Below, piece by piece: positions 52,689 through 64,000 of a stretch of 64,000 nucleotides of DNA. The translations under genes were made by a program, and so were the position numbers. The stretch lies in assembly GCF_001194135.2 (NCBI RefSeq), contig NC_068991.1:4500384-4564383 (forward strand). Direction: 5' to 3'. This DNA is from Octopus bimaculoides (lineage: Eukaryota). The notes beneath the pieces are model-generated. The model did not search any database, was not told the origin of the DNA, and saw only the letters and a program-made list of their open reading frames with translations. Within the stretch, counting starts at the first letter, position 1. Every line of letters begins with the position of its first letter.

Positions 52689-55039
52689 NNNNNNNNNNNN
52701 NNNNNNNNNNNNNNNNNNNNNNNNNNNNNNNNNNNNNNNNNNNNNNNNNNNNNNNNNNNNNNNNNNNNNNNNNNNNNNNNNNATATATATGTATGTATGT
52801 ATGTATGTATATATATGCGTATGTATGTATGTATGTATGTATATATATACATACATAAATAGGTAATAATTAAAATATCAAAGCGGAGAATCATAGATAT
52901 GTATGTATATCCTGTTGTTTACTGATTACCGAATGATTAACATGGACGAAGCTTTGAGAGGTTGCGATAAACATTTCAAAGTCTCAAAGGAACGTTAGTA
53001 AAGGCAACATGATATTGATTTACGCCAAACTTAAATCTTTTTCAATTTTAGTGAGAAAAATATAAATAAATAAAAGGAACTCTACTATCAGACATATTGT
53101 CGTCTTTCAACAGAGTAGTCACACGCAGAGGCACATATGTTTGTCCTTTTATCAACAAAACTGTCTCCGTCCCTCTCTTTCTTTCACTACATCTTCATTT
53201 AAATCTCTCTCCTCTCTCTCTCTCTCTCTCTCCCCCTCTCTCTCTCTCTCTCCCCCCTCTCTCTCNNNNNNNNNNNNNNNNNNNNNNNNNNNNNNNNNNN
53301 NNNNNNNNNNNNNNNNNNNNNNNNNNNNNNNNNNNNNNNNNNNNNNNNNNNNNNNNNNNNNNNNNNNNNNNNNNNNNNNNNNNNNNNNNNNNNNNNNNNN
53401 NNNNNNNNNNNNNNNNNNNNNNNNNNNNNNNNNNNNNNNNNNNNNNNNNNNNNNNNNNNNNNNNNNNNNNNNNNNNNNNNNNNNNNNNNNNNNNNNNNNN
53501 NNNNNNNNNNNNNNNNNNNNNNNNNNNNNNNNNNNNNNNNNNNNNNNNNNNNNNNNNNNNNNNNNNNNNNNNNNNNNNNNNNNNNNNNNNNNNNNNNNNN
53601 NNNNNNNNNNNNNNNNNNNNNNNNNNNNNNNNNNNNNNNNNNNNNNNNNNNNNNNNNNNNNNNNNNNNNNNNNNNNNNNNNNNNNNNNNNNNNNNNNNNN
53701 NNNNNNNNNNNNNNNNNNNNNNNNNNCATAATCTGCGACAGGTTGATTTATAAGTAGGCATCTCGGTTCGGGAAGGACCTTTAATCCGTTTGATTACTTG
53801 CAGTTCATATGAATGTAGATATATATGTGTGTGTAGTTATAGATGCACACGTATATATATATATATATATATGAATATATGTGACTCTGCGCGTGTGTTT
53901 GCGTACGTTGCTTGTATATGTGTGTATCTGTGCCTGTGCGTGTGTGTGTCTGTGTTTGTGTTGAGTATATATGCGTCAATTTTCTTCGCAATTTGATCGA
54001 GTATATTTTCTGCCTACATGTGAGGAGAAAAAAATGTTCTATTTTGCAAAGCGAAATTATTTTAATTGTCAATTTGTGCCTTCTTCAATTTCCTGTCGGT
54101 TTTCTGAAGGTTTGCCTCTATTCAAATATTTAATTCCACTTATGTTCACCTTCTCAACGGCTTTCGCTGTCGCATCAATACTTGTTAAAACTTTGATGGT
54201 AAACGACGAGGTTTAATTGTATTCATCTCGTAACTCGTTAGGAGAATACCGTTGACTACAGAACGCCATTCATATTTAAATACTGCTGCTCCCGTGTAAG
54301 TGAAACAATGTCGGTTTGGAAAATGTTAGAATCTAGGAAGACCATTATTAATATCAGAATGCATGGAAGAGACCCTAGTTAACTCATCATAGAAAGAAGG
54401 ATAATAAGAAGCAGTTGGATTGCTTGGAATCGGTTGATAATATAAAATAAACATTCCACAGAGAGAGAGGTACTGAAGAATCGCCAAATATAAATATCAA
54501 ATAAAGAAACAGCATGAAGTATGACAGGGGCAGAATAATTGTCACGAGTTGTATAGCCCATCCTGAAGATGTGTACAAAGAATTGTATCAAGACACAAAA
54601 TGACACCGTATTGTTGTATCGTACAAATCGAGGGTTACTTTAATTAATTCCTGTAGGGAATATTTGAATCTTTATTATTTGTAAGGGTTCTGCTTATGAA
54701 AATATATTTGTTAGTTTGAAGCAAACTAGAGCTAGCGTGAAATCGATTTATTTGTTCAATAAGAAACTGCTTCAGGACAGAAACATGCAGTATGCAGACT
54801 GAATAATTTGTGGCTGTTAACAAAACATAAATCAACAATGTTATGGCATTTAACAACATAGCATTCTCATTCATATCTTGTTCCAAATAATTCAGATATG
54901 TACTAAAGGACAGAAAAGTTACATCGGACGTAAATATACAGAATTAATTGGATATGATTCTTAGATATCAATCTTACAAACTTGTAATTTTGTTAGATTA
55001 AAACTGTATGAGGTACACAATAAGTATCATTGACAGAGG

Positions 55040-55215
55040 TGGAAAATGCCTAGGAGCGATTTCAGTGTATTCAAGATTGTTGGGGACATTTTGAGAGTTG
55101 TAGTCAACCAAAGTTCTAATTTAAATTCTTGCAGCAGAGTGCAATCACTCTACGAAAGTCAAAAATTCAGAAATGGTGTTAAGCAGAGTGACGGCTTAAG
55201 CCACCTACGTAAAGT
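55040..55215 (+). mobile_element. Decayed LINE RT fragment
   Basis: ...SQKFRNGVKQSDGLSHL resembles the RT motif 'F....GVRQGDGLSPLLF'. Confidence 0.45.
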
Positions 55216-56515
55216 TGTTTGTTGTGAGGTCAATATTCGTAGAGAAGACCCATGGCAGATGGCATTTCATCTGTAATAAATCCAACTTGTTTTTTGATAT
55301 TTTGCATGTAGAACTACATTATCTAATAATTCTGCTCCTTATTGAAGACTGCGTTATGTTTGGTTAGAACTGCTATTTTTAGCAAGTTGTATTATTACGT
55401 ATAGGCTTCCCTTATTGATTCAATGTGTAGTATTTGTTTGGGTTTTTTTTCTTATTTAGGCAATTTCCAAAAATATCAATATCTAACACAGATAATTATT
55501 GGTTTAAAAAGGCGCAACATTCCCACCGTTCACATATCAGGAACCAAACGTGAAACCTTGTCATTGTAGAACATATGGTTTAGACGTCCACCCAAACGCA
55601 TCCATGTGATTCTGTTTCCTAAACAGTGTTCAACATTTTTGAATGTAACCACAGGTAAACAGTTTTCGAAGAAGCGGGCTGACTGCTATTTATTTTATTG
55701 CCGTATGAACGAAAGAGGAAATCCCAAAAGCATTTAAATTCGGAACATAAAGATAAATACACCAAAATATATTGTGTGTGGTGCTCTACCAACTCCATTA
55801 TTCGTATATCTTTTAATGATATTTGCGTATTACTATCAACTAATATCATTATACTTAAGTGCACATATATTGGCTTTTTCCATTTTTTTCTTTACTGATA
55901 CTGAACATATTTCTATCCTAAGCTGTAGTTTAAATAATAAATATACCAAATAATAAAGCGTTGGTTTAGATATTTTGAACAGATCACTTTTTTTATAGAG
56001 ACAAGGGAAAAGAGAAAATTGAAATCAATACAACTTCTCTAAACTTTGTCACGTTTCAAAGCTGATGGCAATGTGATCAAGGGTGTTCATGAAATAGAAA
56101 TAAATACATCCGCAAATAACTAAGAGAAACTAGTTAAATATACGGATTAACAGAATGAGAGAGATCAAACTGAGAGTGAACTGCTAAGTTAGAAAATAAA
56201 CATTATCTTATGAATGAGTTGGCAGCGTACAGTGACACTCTACACAGATCTTGCGAAAGTTTGTTACGCTGTGAAATAGAAATTGTTCGTTAAGCATTAT
56301 ACGGAACGATTTCAAAAGAATATATCCTTGGTTTAATTTTTGGTTTCAACACACGCTGTATAGAAAAGTGAGGCATGCTTTTCACAGCTGGAAATATTGT
56401 TACATCTGATTTTAAATCAGTTTGATTAGAGGCAATCAGGGATGAATTAACAACCAAGGAGAATAACATTAAATTGTGTGTGTATGCATGTGTGTGTGTG
56501 CGTGTCTGTGTTTAT

Positions 56516-56522
56516 AGATAGG

Positions 56523-56590
<68 letters not shown>
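56516..56590. repeat. (GATA)n microsatellite
   Basis: Direct inspection. Confidence 0.95.
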
Positions 56591-57964
56591 CGATGATGAC
56601 GATGATGATATTAGACTCTTCCATCGAAGAAGACGCATATGAGTCCAGCGAGAAAAGGGAGTAAAAAATCCAACAAATCAGACAATCCTATTAGTATTAC
56701 TACCATTCGCCAATGTTTACAATTCATTAACTTCATCTGGTGACTCTTCATGTAAATTCTCAGGCCACCGAAAGCAATATGGATATCAGTTTTGAAATCG
56801 GACTAAATTTTAGCGGATTTTGTCACAAATAACGATGGAGTGCCAAGTCGGAAATAAAACGTACAATTTTTCTAAGAAGCCAATATTTGAATTTTATTGG
56901 CCAAAAGTTGTCTATAACTACGTAAACTTACGATGTTTGGTCAAAATGCAATTTTACCTACGTTGCTGTAGTTTTGGTGGGAAAAAATAAAATGATATAC
57001 CTTTTGAACCTGCTTCGTGTGGGCATATGATAAAATTTGATGGAAACCTGTTTGTAATTTCTTGCTCGTCGTACGACTTCACAGATGCTCTCTCATTGCT
57101 TCGTAATCTTCTTTAGATTTCGACCCAGCATTGTTCTTTGCAAAAATATTTCTAGTAGAGTGTACATGGACAATGTAGATGGTAATATCTCGGTGCCATT
57201 GGCAATGTAGAACATTCTATGTAATGAAACTTTGCATGATATATGGCGAAAAGAATCAAATCCAGCTGCTATGGTATTCCTGTTAAAACTTGGTACAATG
57301 GTACCTTTGATAATATCTATTCACAAGAAATAGTATTTAAAGGAGACAGAAAAGTATTACATTCAGTTATAAAAATTAAGGTTATTAACATATTCATCAG
57401 TATACGTCAGAACGGTGACCGTTCTAATTTTAAATGGCATAGTTCAACGCGTATATAATTCTGCTTGAAAAATACAAATTAATTTTCATTATAGTTTTTT
57501 CACTTCATTATTTAGAAGCACGCTAAACAGTCCTGAACAAAATAGAGTTATGAGAAATTCTAATTAACATGTTCGTCTTCATTCGGTCATAGAGAGACAA
57601 TACGCTGCACAAGATACATCGTGAGGAGACAATATAGACAATATGACAACATTTATGTAGAGGCATCGCCAGATCATTAATAATGCTACCGGACCGTAGG
57701 ACGCATTTTCTTCGGCGTCGATTCGTTGCTCTTCATCACCCACGTATACCAAATCGTCGTTAATGGCCACTTGGGCAGAATGAAGCGTTTCGACGCTGAA
57801 ACACATAAGTATGTGTTTGTACATTGTGATTACTGTCCTCTTAGTTAACAAATAAACTGGTAAATTGACTCAATATAGCGTCTGCAAGTTGATGAATACC
57901 ACCTATTCCCATCCATTTTCTTAGTGCTACATAAATTAAGGGTAAAATATCTTTTAATATATAT

Positions 57965-58085
57965 AAGGGTCCGATAGAATAAGTGCTATGCTCCCTAAGA
58001 ATAAGTCCCGGGGTCGATTTGTTCGAGTAAAGGCGGTGCTCCAGCATGGCCGCAGTGAAAATGACTGAAACAAATAAAAGAATAT
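57965..58085 (+). mobile_element. SINE family B 3' tail
   Basis: ccgatagaataagt...gggtcgatttgttcgagtaaaggcggtgctccagcatggccgcagtgaaaatgactgaaacaaataaaagaat. Confidence 0.85.
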
Positions 58086-58599
58086 TTATATCGGTGTGCG
58101 CATGCGTGCGCGCGCGCGCGCGCGACTGTGTAGCTGTCAATGTGGGCAGGTGCGTTTGATGAGGAATATCATTTCTGTAAGACACCAAAAGTCTCATAAA
58201 CAACACTAACATGTAGAAGCAAATTCTTACATCATTTTGGTTTTTCCAACTTTCACTTGCATTCTTTCAGAAATATGTTAGAAATCGTGATACATCTCTC
58301 CATAACTCACTGACGTTTTTATTTCATCATGTCATAATTCGCTTCAGCTACCTATGTGTGTGTGTGTGTTTATGCTCTGTGTGTGTGTTTATGTTGGGTG
58401 GGTGTATGTTTGGCAACGGATGCATGTGTGTGTGAGAGACTGAGTGCCTGCGTGCGCATGTGTGTGTATGAGCCTGCATGTTTGTACGTACACGTCTGCG
58501 GGTCTTTGTATGTGCATGAGGTTTATGTATGCTTCTATTAACAAAGTTGTGGACGGGTTTTAATTTAATTTTCTTTTTTCTCTTTGCATATACTGCTAC

Positions 58600-59060
58600 G
58601 TTGTTCATCTTCATCGCCATCATCATCATCATCATTATAACCATCACCATCATCATTATCATCAGCATCAACATATTCATCAACTTCATCATCATCATCA
58701 TCATCACCATCATCGCCACCACCACCCCTATCATAATTATCGTCGTCGTCATCGTCATCATCACCACCACAACCACCACCATCATCACCTTCATCATCTT
58801 CATGCTGCCCTCCGTTCTCTCCATCATCATCATCGTTGTCGTCACCATCATCATCACCGTCATCACTGCCAACATGAACTTCATTCTCATCATCATCGTC
58901 AAATCCATACCATCCTTTCCTTCCTCTTCCCTCCCCTTCCTCCTCATTATCATGATCGTTGGTGTTGCCTTTGCCATCATCATCATCATCATCGTCATTA
59001 GCATCATCATCATTATCGTCGTCATCATGAACATCACCATCATCATCATCATCATCATCA
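58600..59060. repeat. Degenerate (CAT)n tract
   Basis: catcat with cac/cgt/cct variants; minus frames read poly-Met or poly-Asp/Gly. Confidence 0.85.
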
Positions 59061-59394
59061 ATACGTCTACTTTGCCCCTTCGTGTTTATTCTCATCGGAA
59101 TGTTCTCCACCATTACCTGTTCATTGTTATTCTGACAATCAATTAACATTATCTCCATTCTCATCACTTGTAACTTTACAGATGTTGTACCTAGTGAACA
59201 CACCATTCTTTCTAATGAAGTAGCTACAGTCATCTGTGCGTCGAACAGAATGCGTCAGAAATATGTTCTGATGATCAAAGTTGGAATCAGGCCAAGACGG
59301 ACCTCAACCAACATGATCGATAATTATATTACTAGTCATGTACTGGGAGCCAATGTCGATAGTAATAGCAAGCTACGCTTTCCCTTATGTGTTT

Positions 59395-59740
59395 ACATTT
59401 TTCAGTCATTAGGCAACGGCCATGCTGGGGCACCACCTTCAAGGGTTTCTTTTATCGAACGAATCCAACCCAGTACATATTTATTTTAGACTGGTACTTA
59501 TTCTTTTGTGTGTGTGTTTTGCCAAATCACTAAGTTGTGGGGATGTAAACAAACCAGCAAGTGTTCTCCAGTGGTAGCAGATGATAAATACATACACACA
59601 CACACATATATATATATCTGATGTTCGACGGGTTTCTTTCAGTTTCCATTTATTCAATCTTCTCATAAGGATTCGAACAGCTTATGGTGTAGTATAAGAC
59701 ATTTAGTCAACATGCAACGCACAGGAGCTGAAACCGGAGC
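59395..59740 (-). mobile_element. SINE family B, partial
   Basis: ttcagtcatt...ggccatgctggggcaccacc...gacgggtttctttcagtttcc. Confidence 0.75.
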
Positions 59741-60276
59741 CAATCAATTCATTCGACTAAATCCCTTTCGAGCTGGTGCCCCAGCATGGCCGCAATCCAA
59801 TGACTGAAAAAAGTAACATAAAACATGCATCTTCGGCAAGGAAGAGGATAAACCGTGGAACCTGTCGTTGATTGGCTGATTGTGTACAACCAGTCAACAT
59901 CCGGTAGGAAGGACCTTAGCTACTGTAAAGTGTAGTTTGACTACATTCAACTGTTAAAACTTGGAATTTCTCCCAAAATGTCTCATCAGAGCCAAGTCGG
60001 CGTTCAAACGTTTCCAACACAGACAATTCTTGCCACACAAGCGATCATTAAGGGCATGGAACTGTGATTACCTCGCAATGATATAGTTTACAACTAAACG
60101 ATACTAACAGAAATAATGAGCGTATAAATATGTGTGTACGTATGTATGATGTATGTAGCTATGTATCTATGTGTGTATGTCTGTATCTATCTATACATCT
60201 ATCTATTGGTAGAACAATGCACCAATATTCACTGGAAATAGCAGACGATAATATACGACGCTATAGTAAAGCTTCA

Positions 60277-60307
<31 letters not shown>

Positions 60308-60332
60308 CGTCTTTGCCAGTATATATATATAC

Positions 60333-60443
<111 letters not shown>

Positions 60444-60565
60444 ATTATAGCACCGCATATTATCGACTGCTATTTTCAGTAAATATTGGTGCATTTTTGT
60501 ACCACTATCCTATATTTGCACTTTAATTTGATACTGCTTTGTTTTACTGGAAAGCAATACTATTA

Positions 60566-60604
<39 letters not shown>

Positions 60605-61429
60605 GTGTGTGTATGTGTGTGTCTGTGTGTGTGTGAGTGTGTGTGTATGTGTGTTTGTATATATGTATGATGAATGTATGTACGTATGCATGTATGTGTG
60701 CGTGTGTTTGTAAATATGAGTGCCTGTGTGTTTGTATGCATTAGATAAGGGGAAATGTATTTTAGGGAAATGATGTATAAAACGCAAGAAATATTGAAAG
60801 AATGTTGGATAATATACAGTATATAGAAAGAAGTGGAACATCTCAATTAACCAAAGAGTTCAATAAATAAAAGAACATCTCAAATAAGGATTCAATCAAT
60901 CAATCACTTTCTCATGTAATAATTGAAACTAAATAAAGCATTGCAAATTCCAATAAATTCTACCCCGAAGAACAGTTAAACCCATCTTTAAATTCCATGT
61001 AATTTCACACTCAGTGAGTTAAAATAAGAATACTACGTCTAATATGATATCACGTACATCTCTCATTATATTGGATTCCAAATCTTTGCTTCTAGCAGGG
61101 AATCTTGCGAAAGTTGGTTATAATTTTAGACAAAGAATTCTAAATACCAGTTCTTTATTATTTGCTTCTTTTTCAGTAATTAATGATATGTTTATTTATA
61201 ATTCTGTGATTATACCTCCGCGGAGTCAATAATTGTATCTCAATCTACAAACACACATGGAAATCTTATGGCTTACGTAGGGAACGTAGAAAACGCAGAG
61301 TCTAACAGCTTACATTTATCTAACATACACATATGTTCTAACACAACGTGCACGGAGAATATCTTTCTATCAACCACAAATATATAGACGTATTCACTCA
61401 TATACAATCACTCACACAAACATACACAC

Positions 61430-61487
<58 letters not shown>

Positions 61488-63131
61488 GAGCGTTAATGTA
61501 ACTGTACGCATGTTTTCATGTATGCTTATACCTGCATTACACACACAGACACACACGCATACACACACACACACACACACGTATATATATATATACATAT
61601 GTGTGTGTGTGTGTGTGTGTGGAGGGCGTTTGGGGGTGAGTTTTGTATGTGTGTTAGGAAAAGAGGTTCAGCACAGCATTAAACTAATAGAACCAACGCT
61701 TTCGGGTTGCCTGGAATAATATTTATGCGAAGAGGTTTGGTACTAAATCGTTACACATACATACATATGTAAATATATATAAATATGTATACACAAATAT
61801 AAAATATCTGTATACGGGATTGCAAATATATTTATCTACATATCTCACTTTATGCATGCATGTTGTCAGTTTCAAGCACAGATATTATCAATTCTACGCA
61901 TTCTTGCATAACTATGCATTCAGATATTTTTTGTATCTATCAACATATATCTGTATATTCGGACACAATTTAACATATATACACACAAATCTTGCTTTAT
62001 GCATACGTGAAATTAGTTAAAAACGTGGACATTATCTCCTCTCCGCATTCCTGCATAAATACATGTTAAAATGTATGCTTGTATGTATACATTTCCATAT
62101 GCTTCATATGAATATCAATTCCAGTGCCTACATGTATGGCCATGTATGTATGTATGTATATGTATATATATATATATATATATACACATATATACATACA
62201 TATATACGTATAAATATATATATACATATATACATAATATAATTATACATATATAATATACAGCCATCTATATAAACATATATATATATATATATATATA
62301 CATTATATATAAATGTGTGTGTGTGTGTGTGCATTACTTCGTACAGGTATGTGCATGTATTTTAGGCCACTTCTAATATGTGTTCATGTGTAATTTTTTT
62401 TTAATTTTTTTTTTTATTATCCTTTCTTATTTATAAATACCGTTAATTATTAGTTAATTCATTTTGCTAGTAGGCCAAGGAAAGATATTCGGAGACATTT
62501 TATTTGCACATTGCAGAAGGCAATGTGAAAGTAAATTAATTTGTTCGCTCAGACCTGGAAATACCCTCTTACATTTTCAATCATACCGATCAGAAAGAAT
62601 AGAAAATTATGATATAAAAAACCGTGCTCAGCCCAGAATATCCATACGGCATTTTCACATACATGCTATTTGAAAATGAACCTTATGACGCATACAGTGA
62701 GGTATACATATATATATATATATATTATATGATTAATCATACACATTATTATCAAACTACTCATTGATGTACAAGAAAATTCCACACGTTCCCGCATACA
62801 CTATCACCTATTCCGAAACAGCAACAGCAACAAATTGCTAGAGAATTACAGAAATGAAGACGAACACTTACAAATAGTCTTGTGTGCAGTGACGTGTACA
62901 TACGAGAATTGAATGCTCAGGGTATAATCATTGGACATAAATAGAAGAGGTTGAAACGAAGGGAACCATTTTCTTACCTATTTCTATAATTGTTTGTCTT
63001 CCTATTGTGCAGCAAGGAATGAAGTATCAGTATAAAACAAGGGAAGATTTCTGAGTTCTCGTGATACCTGCGTTAATATCTAATACTTGCCTGATTTAGT
63101 TGATTAATTTTCCTAAATGTAAATTTACATA

Positions 63132-63300
63132 GGCGCAGGAGGGGCTATGTGGTAAGTAGCTTGCTTACTAACCACGTGGTTCCGGGTTTAGTCCCACTGC
63201 GTGGCACTTTGGAGAAGTGTCTTCTGCTATAGCCTCGGGCCGACCAAAGCCTTGTGAGTGGATTCGGTACAGGGAAACTGAAAAAAGCCGTCGTATACAT
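63132..63300 (+). mobile_element. SINE family B head, well preserved (tRNA-derived, CORE-like)
   Basis: ggcgcaggaggggctatgtggtaagtagcttgcttactaaccacgtggttccgggtttagtcccactgcgtggcactttggagaagtgtcttctgctatagcctcgggccgaccaaagccttgtgagtgg. Confidence 0.9.
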
Positions 63301-63907
63301 ATATATGAGCAATCGTGTATGTTTCATTGCGTGTAGGAGCATGTATAATTTTATGTGGTTGTATATTAGTGTAACGGCCAGGAATATAATTGCTATTATG
63401 CGTGTGAATTTATAGGGAAAAATAGCGCGTAAGTACGTGAATAAACGAACGAAAATACCATATGTATGTATAAGAATGTACGACATGATATCACGTGTTT
63501 ATTGTTTTGTTTGTCTATGTGTGATATAAACTAGTGCGTTGCAAGCATTACGGGAAGACTGGTTTGATTGCAGATAGGTGTTTAGCAAAGAATGAAGGCA
63601 ATTAAATGTTTTGTTAATTATTCTTTCAGATATCATAAATCGTTACACGTAAACAGGTGCAACAAATCAAAAGGAAAAAAAATGTATCACAATTAAATGT
63701 GGAAAATAGGGAAAAAAAATTTCAGTTAATTTATATAAACAATTTTCATCAATTCCTTGCTATCAAATGAAAACATATTAATCGTATTTGAGTGCATACT
63801 TCACCAAAGGGCATTTATATACATGACAGAATGTATTAACACCATTGGGAATATACATATGTGCATACGTACGTGTGTATGTATCTATGTATGTACTGGT
63901 GTATGTG

Positions 63908-63972
<65 letters not shown>

Positions 63973-64000
63973 GTATGCAAGTATATGTCGAAGAATCAAT

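Overview
AT-rich, microsatellite-saturated eukaryotic genomic DNA with about 20 N-gaps, most flanked by (TA)n, (CA)n or (CT)n. The tRNA-derived SINE families look like those of octopus (recognition from memory, not a database hit). There are no long ORFs, and nearly all ORF-track entries are low-complexity or gap artefacts. Reading splice signals by eye gives a phase-compatible chain of small minus-strand exons: 30188-30069, 27441-27288 and 7959-7837, with weaker candidates at 50544-50425, 4819-4752 and 3106-3023. The chain would encode part of an uncharacterised, probably secreted, Cys- and sequon-containing beta-strand-rich protein spread over ~47 kb. The rest is intron-like: many SINEs of two families, decayed mariner and LINE-RT relics, a HINE/Helentron-like element, two fold-back/MITE-like elements, and a ~220-bp-arm inverted duplication at 23.9-24.8 kb. 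No rRNA, genuine tRNA gene or CRISPR array is supported. I cannot demonstrate a new biological system; the best leads are the unannotated gene, the intronic dsRNA-forming structures and a possible antisense exon set.
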